Origin: a virus
Lineage: Duplodnaviria; Caudoviricetes
DNA length: 60,037 nucleotides
IMG/VR virus record: IMGVR_UViG_3300023178_004792
Coordinates: 1-60,037 of that record
Strand: one strand, 5' to 3'
The translations under genes and the position numbers were made by a program. Shown here piece after piece: positions 47,774-56,701 of this stretch. The notes under the pieces are model-generated. The model was not told the origin of the DNA. It saw nothing but the letters and a program-made list of their open reading frames with translations, and made no database searches. Within the stretch, counting starts at the first letter, position 1. Each line of letters opens with the position of its first letter.

Positions 47774-48184
47774 TTACTCTAACGTCGCTTTTCTCATCGC
47801 AAGGTTAGTAACGAAAGACGTTTCTGAACCCATGTCGATAGAGTCAACAGTTCCTAAGGCCTGTACTGCTGTGGCCAAAGTTCCTGCTGTTGCGTTTGCA
47901 GAACTTGTTGTTAATGTAAAAGTACCACCTGCACTTGCTGGTGATCCTACGAATTGGTCAGTGCCCTCAATTATGTAGTTCTTTTCTACGTTTGAGTTAA
48001 CCAACGGACCCGCACCTACGATGTTTGCGTAGATTTGGATTGTTTTCTCAACCACATCAATGGTGCTGTCTTTGGCCGTCTTAGCCGCAACAGAACTTGG
48101 GAATGTTTGGTTCAAGAACTCAAGGTCTTTACCTAAAAATTCACCTGATGCTACGTGAGTTGTGTTGTTTTCACTTATTGCCAT
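47774..48184 (-). CDS. Virion structural paralog 1
   Basis: MAISENN...EFLGKDLEF...NIVGAGPL...AVQAL; AGGAGG SD. Confidence 0.7.
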   Translation of the reverse strand: MAISENNTTHVASGEFLGKDLEFLNQTFPSSVAAKTAKDSTIDVVEKTIQIYANIVGAGPLVNSNVEKNYIIEGTDQFVGSPASAGGTFTLTTSSANATAGTLATAVQALGTVDSIDMGSETSFVTNLAMRKATLE

Positions 48185-48283
48185 TTTTAATCCTCCTTTT
48201 TATCTGATTACAATGACTGTGACGTCGCTCAGACATCACGTTAAATGTATTTATTGGCAAATTTGGTAAATTAACCGCTAATA

Positions 48284-48400
48284 TTAGGATTTTTGTTCTT
48301 CTTTACAGCATTTACACATGCAGTCAGGACAATCGAGGCACTCTGCACACGATCTCTCACAGTGGTGTTCACAACCACATTCACATACACATTCAATCAT
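48284..48400 (-). CDS. Cys-rich micro-peptide B (38 aa, 12 Cys)
   Basis: MIECVCECGCEHHCERSCAECLDCPDCMCKCCKEEQKS; TAAATA at 48406-48411. Confidence 0.75.
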   Translation of the reverse strand: MIECVCECGCEHHCERSCAECLDCPDCMCKCCKEEQKS

Positions 48401-48412
48401 GCTGTTATTTAA

Positions 48413-48544
48413 CTACCCCACAGGGTTGAATCTCTGCAAACATTTCAAACAGTCACAGGTCTCACAGTTCTCACAGTTCTTGCATTCTTCATCACAGTGC
48501 CGCTCACAAGAACACCTGTGGCATCGTTCTTCTCTCTTAGGCAT
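48413..48544 (-). CDS. Cys-rich micro-peptide A (43 aa, 10 Cys)
   Basis: MPKREERCHRCSCERHCDEECKNCENCETCDCLKCLQRFNPVG; AAGGAG SD; overlaps the stop of the upstream gene. Confidence 0.75.
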   Translation of the reverse strand: MPKREERCHRCSCERHCDEECKNCENCETCDCLKCLQRFNPVG

Positions 48545-49103
48545 TGATCTCCTTGAATTTTCTTTGTATGTCTGTGTTGGGCAACTTTGATTTGAGATAT
48601 TGATTTATTTTGTCGATCACTTGTTTTTTTGTCCGTTTGTCTAGATTACCATAGTTGGCCACCGATCTGCGCAGGTTACGATAGTTGGCGTCGTTTATGT
48701 TCAATGACCTCTCCAGCATGGAAAGGTTACTATAATGATCTTCGAAACTTCTGAGGTATCTTCTCACGGCCATCACGGGCAATGTTTGCCTTTGCCTCAT
48801 GGCCTGTGCCTGGTTCTTGTTCTTGAGTTTTTTAGTGATTTCAGGGTCTCCCGACACTATTGCCATCATGTTTGCAAGATCATTGTTGATCATCCTCACC
48901 TGGTCAAAGGTGCCCTTTGCCATTGTCTGGTCTGCGTACATTTTGGTAAAAGACTGTGTCTGTTTCAACTGACTCATCAAGGCCAGTGCTAGGAAACTCA
49001 GATAAATTCTCTCTGTGACTTCGGGAAAAGTGAATCTCTGCAAGTCATTATGCCGTCTTATCACTTTACCCTCAGATACATACTTAAGAAATGGTGTTAG
49101 CAT
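48537..49103 (-). CDS. Hypothetical protein (probable head-associated)
   Basis: MLTPFLKYVSEG; TAAATA at 49109-49114. Confidence 0.7.
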   Translation of the reverse strand: MLTPFLKYVSEGKVIRRHNDLQRFTFPEVTERIYLSFLALALMSQLKQTQSFTKMYADQTMAKGTFDQVRMINNDLANMMAIVSGDPEITKKLKNKNQAQAMRQRQTLPVMAVRRYLRSFEDHYSNLSMLERSLNINDANYRNLRRSVANYGNLDKRTKKQVIDKINQYLKSKLPNTDIQRKFKEINA

Positions 49104-49122
49104 ACACATATTTATAGACGAC

Positions 49123-50196
49123 ATGCAACGTAACTTTATATTGACCGACGTGATGAAGACAGGAGATCACCTGTCATACGAAAGATTCATTGACTACAAC
49201 ACAATGGAAGGACAGAAGTTTGACTACACAGGTGAGTATTACACACTGCATGGTTTTGACTTAGACAGTTACGATCGTAGGTTTGCGTTCATAGACTCGC
49301 AGATACACAATGACAGGATGATAGGCAATCAAGCATACAAGGATGACCTTGCCAGGCGCCTAGAGTTGTTGCACCAACAGGGTTTTGTATTCATAAAGGC
49401 CTGCCCATGGGAGTCGCAGGAAAACATAGACACAAATACATTCCTTGCAGGCAAGCCTATGCCCGAAGTTGATATTCCTTATCCCTACATGACATGGACC
49501 GGAGGCGTGTCATGGTTCTGGTATTACATGTATGACAAGCATCATGCCAACTCATTGAAATTCACACACCGGCACAAGACACATGATTTCTTGTATCTCA
49601 ATAAGGGTGCGAGGGCACACAGAGTAAAACTGTATGACAAACTCTTGTCCACTGGCGTACTCGATAACAGCATACACACTTTCATAGAACGTGTGCCACC
49701 AAGACGACTGGATAAAAAATACGAGTTGCCTGGAATAGATCCAGCAGACTATCCGAGGTGGGGCAAAGATCAAGACATCTATGAGCCACCATACAACGAT
49801 ACTGCGTGTTCGCTGGTGTCAGAGACCAACGACTCAAACAACGAAGTCTTTATGACAGAAAAAATATGGAAACCTATCATGGCGCAACATCCTTTCGTGG
49901 TGCATGGGAACCATCTTTACCTACAAAAATTAAAGGAGATCGGATTCAAAACTTTTGGATCTTACTTTGACGAGACTTATGACCTAGAACAAGATCAAGA
50001 CAAGAGAATAGACAAGATAGTAAATCTATGTAAAGATCTACTTTCAATCAATTGGCAGGATCTATATTTGCAGACACAATCACTACGCCAACACAATTAC
50101 AATACATTATTCGATAAAGATAAAATGTCGAAAGAAATTAATAAAACTTTAGATCTATTTCTTGAATTTGCTGACAGCAGTCAAGTTCCTTCTTGA
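49123..50196 (+). CDS. Glycosyltransferase-like protein (GT-B / fucosyltransferase-like C-terminus)
   Basis: FLYLN...HRVKL...SLVSET...FMTEKIWKPI...GFKTF...DETYD. Confidence 0.6.
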   Translation: MQRNFILTDVMKTGDHLSYERFIDYNTMEGQKFDYTGEYYTLHGFDLDSYDRRFAFIDSQIHNDRMIGNQAYKDDLARRLELLHQQGFVFIKACPWESQENIDTNTFLAGKPMPEVDIPYPYMTWTGGVSWFWYYMYDKHHANSLKFTHRHKTHDFLYLNKGARAHRVKLYDKLLSTGVLDNSIHTFIERVPPRRLDKKYELPGIDPADYPRWGKDQDIYEPPYNDTACSLVSETNDSNNEVFMTEKIWKPIMAQHPFVVHGNHLYLQKLKEIGFKTFGSYFDETYDLEQDQDKRIDKIVNLCKDLLSINWQDLYLQTQSLRQHNYNTLFDKDKMSKEINKTLDLFLEFADSSQVPS

Positions 50197-51369
50197 GAAT
50201 CCTAATCTATCTACAAGTTTCACGGCATTACCTGTCTTGTCCACAGCAACAAATCCTTCAGGCTCTGTGACTTCTAGGCCACCGTCCGTTTGTTGGAAAG
50301 ATCCTATTGCCTGTGCTTGGTTCATCTTCTTCAACACAAAGGCCTTCATCGTCTGCACTGCCTTATAAAAAGTCAACATTGCCTGCAAAGGTTTCTTAGC
50401 CCTGTTCAGGAAAACAGGCATCTGCTTCATTTTATCTTGCCTTAACTGCAGGGCTTTCTGGGCCTTGAGTCCAGATATCTGCTGTTGCATCCTATCTGCG
50501 TAGAATTTTTTGAATCCCTGTAGGAACTGATTGACGTTGCCAGGCAACTGCCCTTGTTTGACCATTGCATTGATATACATCTGGAACATGGGAACAAAGT
50601 CTTGATTCTGTCCTAACACGCTTGATAAGTTCGTAGGCACTGCGTTCAGCAACGTTTCTAATTTTTCTATACCGCTAAAGAACTTCTTGGTCTCGTCGTT
50701 TGTAAATTTTGCACTGCCAGACACATCCTTGTAGGTTGCATTGTCAAAGAACACGTCAGGACTTTTTGTGAATGAATCAACGTCCGCTCCTGCTTGAGCA
50801 TTCATGTCAGCCAAAGAGTCGCCAACATAACTTGTATGAAATATAATTCCAACTTTCGCTCTGTCTACCTGTGCCCCGAGGCTTCCTTGTTCAGGTACTG
50901 CATAAGTGATCGTGTTCGGCGTAAATGTTATGTGGGGTTTGCCGTCTACATTTTTCCTAACTATGTCTTCGTCTGTGAAAAGTAAATCACCTTGCACAAC
51001 TCCTCGGATGTTCAGTTTCTTTAGATGAACGAGACACTTCAACAACTTCTGGCCAAGATCTTCGGTTCCGTGATTCTTAGCGATGTCTTTTTTAGTGTAA
51101 TTGATTTTGGCATTCTGAGCAAACACTGACTTTGTGCCAACGAAAAATTTTCCATTTGCAGGATTGGTTCCACAGACCACAGCAGGTGCTCCGTCCCACT
51201 TCACGGACACGCTCATTGCTTCTGAACTGGTCCCCTTCAATGTAAGCAACAGTCCTCTGAAATACTCCACAACGGCCTTGCCACCTTCGTAACCATCGGT
51301 AATGATGATGTCTTCTATGTGTTCTAGATGGGTCCTTTTAAATTCAGTAAGGACGTCTTCGATGAGCAT
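50155..51369 (-). CDS. DUF6267-like T4-family protein with KxDG ligase-like motif
   Basis: THLEHIED, SVKWDGAPA, QGDLLF, EPEGFV, KLVDRLGFS. Confidence 0.75.
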   Translation of the reverse strand: MLIEDVLTEFKRTHLEHIEDIIITDGYEGGKAVVEYFRGLLLTLKGTSSEAMSVSVKWDGAPAVVCGTNPANGKFFVGTKSVFAQNAKINYTKKDIAKNHGTEDLGQKLLKCLVHLKKLNIRGVVQGDLLFTDEDIVRKNVDGKPHITFTPNTITYAVPEQGSLGAQVDRAKVGIIFHTSYVGDSLADMNAQAGADVDSFTKSPDVFFDNATYKDVSGSAKFTNDETKKFFSGIEKLETLLNAVPTNLSSVLGQNQDFVPMFQMYINAMVKQGQLPGNVNQFLQGFKKFYADRMQQQISGLKAQKALQLRQDKMKQMPVFLNRAKKPLQAMLTFYKAVQTMKAFVLKKMNQAQAIGSFQQTDGGLEVTEPEGFVAVDKTGNAVKLVDRLGFSRRNLTAVSKFKK

Positions 51370-51371
51370 AA

Positions 51372-51671
51372 TTAGTCCTCGTTGTATTCACCGTCAATTG
51401 TCTTGAGGACATTTTTCTTGATGTCTTTGTTCTCCTTGATTCTAGCCACTCCTTTTGAGAATTTTGAGCTGTCCATGGCTTTCATCGATGAATAGAATTT
51501 TTTCTCTAATTTGAATGCGGTGTCCTGGTCAAAGTTTTCGCGAATGTAGGTCATTAGCCTAATTGCTGAGTCTAAGATGTGTGAGGCACGGCTCTCGACC
51601 ACTTCTTCTTTGTCTCTTTTCAAAGGCATAGAACTCAACTCTTCTAATAAACTTTTAGTATGTTTTTGCAT
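51372..51671 (-). CDS. Hypothetical protein
   Basis: MQKHTKSLLEEL; TAAATA at 51680-51685. Confidence 0.65.
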   Translation of the reverse strand: MQKHTKSLLEELSSMPLKRDKEEVVESRASHILDSAIRLMTYIRENFDQDTAFKLEKKFYSSMKAMDSSKFSKGVARIKENKDIKKNVLKTIDGEYNED

Positions 51672-51763
51672 TCTAATGGTATTTACTATCAATTGTACTA
51701 CAATTAAAGCAAATGTCTACTGGTTATTTTGTTTAAATGCGTTCGTCCTATAACTAATTTACA

Positions 51764-52207
51764 ATGTATTCAAAAAAACAACTGTTCCGGCGTATGTATT
51801 CACATCCTGACCCAGATATTGACATGGAGGGCGAGTTTTGGCCAATGATGGGTATATTGGCCACTATACTTGGCCTGTGGACAGCGTTGGTGCATTTGAT
51901 AGACTATCTGACCTTCGATAAGATTCCATGGTGGGCGGAACCTTTCACTATTATACCGTTGTTTTTGGTTATCATTATGAAAGAACTTTATAACAGTCTC
52001 AATCCATTGCACTGGTGGCCCATGTTTTGGGGGTACCAGGTCAAATTGCCAGACCAAAGTCGGATCACTATCAGGCCACTCGACGAGGAGGCCATCTATA
52101 AGAAGTATGGGGGCAAGTTCAACGTGTTCATAGTCGACTACGAACAGATCAAGTTCCGCAAGAAGAAAGACGCGGTATACTTTGGACTCACTAATGTTAT
52201 TTCTTAG
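51764..52207 (+). CDS. Membrane hypothetical protein
   Basis: Two TM segments. Confidence 0.65.
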   Translation: MYSKKQLFRRMYSHPDPDIDMEGEFWPMMGILATILGLWTALVHLIDYLTFDKIPWWAEPFTIIPLFLVIIMKELYNSLNPLHWWPMFWGYQVKLPDQSRITIRPLDEEAIYKKYGGKFNVFIVDYEQIKFRKKKDAVYFGLTNVIS

Positions 52208-52358
52208 TGCTAGGCATGAAAACAGCACCATGAACTTGGTCATACAACTTTAACTTGTCTGAAAGTTCCTTGACGATCTGTTGGTACTCGCTTACCTGTA
52301 CCTGGAGATTGCCTACTTCTCCTTCTAGCATTCTTATTTTTTGTTGTAGGTCTTCCAT

Positions 52359-53477
52359 TTATCCTCCTTTGTTTTTTAATAGATGTAATAGTTCCTGAAG
52401 ATACACTTCATGATCTAGTTTTTTGAATGATTTTGTAAAATCCAACTCTTTGTAGAATCTATCCCTTGCACCTTTATCAAAGGTAGAGTCGTCTAATTTC
52501 TTACACACGGTGTCCTTGCCAATTTTGAGATTACTCAACTTTTCTTTTATGAATTCCTTCTGTCCTGCATTAAAAATCGAGAAAGAGTAATGCTGTGGGG
52601 TGTCCACAAAATTCAGCATCCATACCAACTTGTTCTGCATCAACCATTCTGTGAGCTTGGGTAGGTGCAGTACGTTTAGGCAACTGATAGAGGGTGCAAT
52701 CATTAAAGTGAAGCATGATTCTTTCTGGAGTGCCTTCATTTCTTTCAAATTTTCTTCGACGTCGTGCCACCTGCCGTTTGACCTAATATATTCAAAAAGG
52801 TCACCAGTTGCGTCAATGCTTAGACACAAATCTATCTTGTTGAAATGCGTGGAGATTTCTTTGAGCTTGTCCGGCACAGGCACGGTCCCGTTGGTGACGT
52901 AGGCCAGGCTTATTTTTTTAGACATGCCTTTCTCTACTAGATGTTCGAGTACATTCAAGTGGTCAAAGTTTTTGAAGGGCTCGCCTCCCAGCACCTCTAT
53001 TGTTTCTAGGTGCGTCAGGTCGTTAGCCAGTATCGATTCTACCGGAGTCCTTTTGTATGGTTTTTTGTCTAGCATCTTGTCACCAAGTTTGGCTTGAAAC
53101 TCGATCCACAAGCCAGAACTGATTTCTGGCTGACAGGTTCTGCAGGCAAGGTTGCATACGTTGCCGGAATCTATCACGAGGTGCTTCAATTGTTTACTTT
53201 GGTTCTCCTCCTCTGTCTCACTTTCTGTTTTGTGTTTTGAAAATTGCTGTCTTTTAGACACAACACCGTTTTTTTCACAGGTCCAACAGAAATCGCAGAG
53301 TGGATTTTTGATACCATTCGCGAGATCTTCCCTGAGAGTCTTTAACTCCTTGTCGTTGTTCAGTGCATGATGGCTGTCAAATTTGTTTTGAGATTTTATG
53401 TGACAACACACGTGCCCTTGTCGGTAGTCAAACCCTGCTGTAGCCAGCGAACAATATGTGTCTCTATTCATTCCCAT
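52359..53477 (-). CDS. N-terminal twitch-domain radical SAM protein
   Basis: YCSLA..VCC..CDFC; CNLACRTC; GGEPF; VTNGT; SIDA. Confidence 0.88.
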   Translation of the reverse strand: MGMNRDTYCSLATAGFDYRQGHVCCHIKSQNKFDSHHALNNDKELKTLREDLANGIKNPLCDFCWTCEKNGVVSKRQQFSKHKTESETEEENQSKQLKHLVIDSGNVCNLACRTCQPEISSGLWIEFQAKLGDKMLDKKPYKRTPVESILANDLTHLETIEVLGGEPFKNFDHLNVLEHLVEKGMSKKISLAYVTNGTVPVPDKLKEISTHFNKIDLCLSIDATGDLFEYIRSNGRWHDVEENLKEMKALQKESCFTLMIAPSISCLNVLHLPKLTEWLMQNKLVWMLNFVDTPQHYSFSIFNAGQKEFIKEKLSNLKIGKDTVCKKLDDSTFDKGARDRFYKELDFTKSFKKLDHEVYLQELLHLLKNKGG

Positions 53478-53509
53478 GGAATTATTTAACATGGCGAAAA
53501 ATATTAAAT

Positions 53510-53653
53510 TTATTTGCCTTGTCCCCTATAAGACTTGTAAGATCTCTTCTTGTGCTTGTTCATAGAGCTCATTTTTATTCGACTCTTGTTCTTGCCTTGT
53601 GAAGTCTTTTTGGGTCTTCCTGGTGTGTATCCAGATGTGTTGTGTATAGCCAT
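53510..53653 (-). CDS. Very basic 47-aa peptide
   Basis: MAIHNTSGYTPGRPKKTSQGKNKSRIKMSSMNKHKKRSYKSYRGQGK (hand translation). Confidence 0.6.
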   Translation of the reverse strand: MAIHNTSGYTPGRPKKTSQGKNKSRIKMSSMNKHKKRSYKSYRGQGK

Positions 53654-53709
53654 GTTGTTATTATATAGTAGACACAATTATCGTCAACCTGTATAATGTA
53701 AATACAAAT

Positions 53710-54150
53710 ATGATCAAGTTCGCCCTCAAGTGTGAATGTTCCGCCAAGTTCGAAGGCTGGTTCCCAAGCAACGAAGACTACGAAAACCAGTTGGCAAAGG
53801 GACAGTTGTTATGTCCCATGTGCGACAGCACCCGAGTGCGTAAAGACATAATGGCACCCGCGGTTGGTAAAAAGTCCACGGCGAGAAAACGAGGCAAGGC
53901 CAAAATGGAAGAGCTCACAGGAGATCAGATGGTTATGGGAGGACAGGCCCGGACACTGCTGAAGCAGATACAGAATCATGTGGAGAAAAATTTCGAGAAC
54001 GTTGGTAAAAAGTTTGCTCGGGAGGCCAGAAAGGCACACAATGGTGAAAGGAATCTGGAGTTCTATGGCAAACCCACAAAGAAGGAAGTCACTGAATTAA
54101 CAAATGAAGGCATAGACCTGTTCGCGGTGCCCAAGGTCAAAGACAATTAG
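53710..54150 (+). CDS. DUF1178 family protein
   Basis: MIKFALKC..FEGWF..CPMC..IMAP..FENVGKKFAREARKAH. Confidence 0.88.
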   Translation: MIKFALKCECSAKFEGWFPSNEDYENQLAKGQLLCPMCDSTRVRKDIMAPAVGKKSTARKRGKAKMEELTGDQMVMGGQARTLLKQIQNHVEKNFENVGKKFAREARKAHNGERNLEFYGKPTKKEVTELTNEGIDLFAVPKVKDN

Positions 54151-54178
54151 TCGCAAGAACACTGGCTTTCCTAGCCGG

Positions 54179-54207
54179 TTGACTTTATACACTTCTTAGT
54201 ATATAAT
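54179..54207 (+). promoter_or_regulatory. Sigma70-type promoter
   Basis: TTGACT-N17-TATAAT. Confidence 0.75.
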
Positions 54208-54284
54208 TGTAGCATGATTCGTAGGATAACAGAGATTGAAACTCCGGCGCATCGTAAATTAACAAACAAGGAAAGAGGAACAAT

Positions 54285-54656
54285 ATGCTAAAAGGTATGT
54301 TTAATACACTTTTTCCAACTACTAAGAAGGAAAATAAAACCATGGCAAACTCAACTCAATACGTTGTATACACAAGAAACTTCAGATCAAGAGCGAAGCA
54401 GATTGGTGTATTCGCCGAGCCGGCTTCTTCATACAAAGTGAATGGTGAAGTACACGGTGGTAAAATCAAGTTCAAAAACCTAGCAGTAAAAAACACTGCA
54501 AGAAAGACAGCGACTAACAAGTTGTTATCTAAAGGTATTGATTTTACAGTAGAAGTTTTAGGTGTTGCACCTAAGAACTCTGCATTGACTATGAAGTCAA
54601 ACATCATTTCTTTATTAAAGAAATCAGGCAGAAAAGTAATCAACTACTCTGCTTAA
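54285..54656 (+). CDS. Basic hypothetical protein
   Basis: GAGGA SD; own promoter and terminator. Confidence 0.7.
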   Translation: MLKGMFNTLFPTTKKENKTMANSTQYVVYTRNFRSRAKQIGVFAEPASSYKVNGEVHGGKIKFKNLAVKNTARKTATNKLLSKGIDFTVEVLGVAPKNSALTMKSNIISLLKKSGRKVINYSA

Positions 54657-54675
54657 TTCCCAATAGTTAAGTTGT

Positions 54676-54708
54676 TGGAGTGGGCGATAGCAATATCGCC
54701 CTCTCTTT
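54676..54708 (+). terminator. Intrinsic terminator-like hairpin
   Basis: GGGCGATA-GCAA-TATCGCCC followed by TCTCTTT. Confidence 0.65.
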
Positions 54709-54828
54709 AAAGACATAAGTAAAGATGAGACAAGAGTAACAAGACAAGACGCAGAAGACATAACAAACCTCCCGCCCTATTTTAGATACAGACTACCTCA
54801 TAAAATTAACAATAACGAAAGAACAAAC

Positions 54829-55029
54829 ATGAGCAATCAAGGAACAGTGAAATGGTTCAACGCCTCAAAGGGTTTTGGATTCATCGCCTGCGAAGACAAG
54901 GATGTCTTCGTACACATCTCAGCAGTGGAGGCCTCAGGCCTGAACTCGTTGAATGAAGGTGACACTATTACGTTTGAAACACAGGATGGTCCTAAAGGAC
55001 CTAGTGCTGTGAATCTATCAGTAGCGTAA
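54829..55029 (+). CDS. cspA: Cold-shock protein
   Basis: [30 protein letters not shown]. Confidence 0.95.
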   Translation: MSNQGTVKWFNASKGFGFIACEDKDVFVHISAVEASGLNSLNEGDTITFETQDGPKGPSAVNLSVA

Positions 55030-55040
55030 ATTTAGAGTAT

Positions 55041-55074
55041 AAAAGGGGTGGTAGGCGACTATCGCCCTTTTTTT
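55041..55074 (+). terminator. Rho-independent terminator (possibly bidirectional)
   Basis: AAAAGGGGTGGTAG-GCGA-CTATCGCCCTTTTTTT. Confidence 0.8.
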
Positions 55075-55109
55075 GTGGCCGTTAAATACTTTGGTAAAAA
55101 AAGTAGAAA

Positions 55110-55487
55110 TTAGAACAGATGATTTGAATCGTCTGTGAAGATACTTTCAACACCGGGCTTAATCCAACCATTGGAATTAATCAATGCAGTTTTCCTGGTG
55201 TTGTATTGTTCGGCCCAATCATCGCCTGGAGCCGTCCCAGCACCTTTAGTTCCAAAATCGAAGGTATATTTCAACTGAGTGTTGTCTCCGTTGTCGTCAG
55301 CGACCAGAGCCCATTGCACATTAGTGCAACATTCGTCTATCACTGCCAATGCCTCGTCTGTAAAAAAGAATGTCTTCGCCGCATCTGTGTCTGCGAAAGA
55401 TTGTTTTGTCGCCCAATCATGACTAGGTTGACTGATTATTTTGGTATTTTTGTTATATGTACCGAATAGGTTATCTGAATTTGGCAT
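55110..55487 (-). CDS. Hypothetical protein
   Basis: GGAG SD; 125 aa. Confidence 0.65.
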   Translation of the reverse strand: MPNSDNLFGTYNKNTKIISQPSHDWATKQSFADTDAAKTFFFTDEALAVIDECCTNVQWALVADDNGDNTQLKYTFDFGTKGAGTAPGDDWAEQYNTRKTALINSNGWIKPGVESIFTDDSNHLF

Positions 55488-55504
55488 ATTTTTAAAACTC
55501 CGTT

Positions 55505-56701
55505 TTACTTGCTGTATTTACCATAATACACCACATTATCCGCTTTGGGATATGATCTCCATGGATCAAACACGATGGTTTTTGCGTCACAGGTGAAATT
55601 ATCACTTTCATGCACCCTTACAATCACCTCCACAGGGTTGTCAAATCCTTCTACTATCTGTCCACCGTGCTTTTGCACGTAAAACTGCACCAGCAGGCTA
55701 TACGAACCATCGGTCATGTCCGTGTCCGGCTTGTATGAATCTGAGCTGAACCATATGTTTTTTCCATGTTTCAATATGGCCAGAGCCATGTGTTCGGCCT
55801 GCTTTTCTCTGGCTGTCATTATGCTTCCAAACAGATCATATTGGAGGTCCAATTTCTTTGCCAGCCATCTTAGAGCAATGTTATCCCTGGGATGGCAGGA
55901 GCCACCGTCACCCATCCCTGGTTTCATGTACGCATCACTGGTTATACGTTTAGAACTTTTAGAAAGTGCATCTGTCACCACGTCAACATTCACATTGCCT
56001 AGTTTTTCTGCCACGTCCTGTATCATGTTGACCAAAGCAAGTTTGTTGCTGATGAAAGTGTTGTAGAATATTTTCATACTTTCAACTTCTTCCCAGGTGC
56101 CTGTCTCTATCCTAGGATAGTTTTCACAGACCATGTTGTAGAAGTTTTTCAGTATTTCTGTCCTGTATCTGCACAAGGGACCTTTATCTCCCATCTCTGT
56201 GCCTATCATTATCATTTCTGGATTGACCATATCACTCGCAACAGTGCCCATCGCTATAAGGTAAGGGTTGTAAACCAAACCCACGTTTTTGCACAGTGGT
56301 GACAACTGGCTACGGATTGTGCCAGGCAACACCGTGGATACCAACACGACTATTTGATCTTTGTGGCAGACGTCATTGATCCTGCCGAGAGTTTTCTTGA
56401 CGGCATCATAATTGAAGTCCTTTACTTCTTTATGGCTGGTCGGTTCTCTGCCATCATACCCTTCCTCGTGTGGAGTTGGCACCGCAATGAAAATGATGTC
56501 TCTGTCATGCACAGCCTCCTTGAGGTCATTCTTGACCTTTATCAGTTTGCCCGACTTGGGTTCGGTGTCATAGCCGGTCACATCAAATCCTTTTTGTGCT
56601 ATTGCTTCTGCACACGGCATGCCTAACTTGCCTAAACCAACAAAGGCTATCTTTGTGCCATAAATTACTTTGTGTCCAAAGAAGTCGTCCAGTATTCCCA
56701 T
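55505..56701 (-). CDS. UDP-glucose/GDP-mannose dehydrogenase family protein
   Basis: GLGKLG, VPTP, STVLPGT, YNPYLIAMG, GDGGSCHPRD. Confidence 0.9.
   Translation of the reverse strand: MGILDDFFGHKVIYGTKIAFVGLGKLGMPCAEAIAQKGFDVTGYDTEPKSGKLIKVKNDLKEAVHDRDIIFIAVPTPHEEGYDGREPTSHKEVKDFNYDAVKKTLGRINDVCHKDQIVVLVSTVLPGTIRSQLSPLCKNVGLVYNPYLIAMGTVASDMVNPEMIMIGTEMGDKGPLCRYRTEILKNFYNMVCENYPRIETGTWEEVESMKIFYNTFISNKLALVNMIQDVAEKLGNVNVDVVTDALSKSSKRITSDAYMKPGMGDGGSCHPRDNIALRWLAKKLDLQYDLFGSIMTAREKQAEHMALAILKHGKNIWFSSDSYKPDTDMTDGSYSLLVQFYVQKHGGQIVEGFDNPVEVIVRVHESDNFTCDAKTIVFDPWRSYPKADNVVYYGKYSK

Noticed and set aside
48318-48590. Plus-strand 90-aa Ser/Gln/His-rich ORF
   Set aside because: Antisense shadow of the two minus-strand Cys-rich peptides, which have the SD, promoter and conserved pattern
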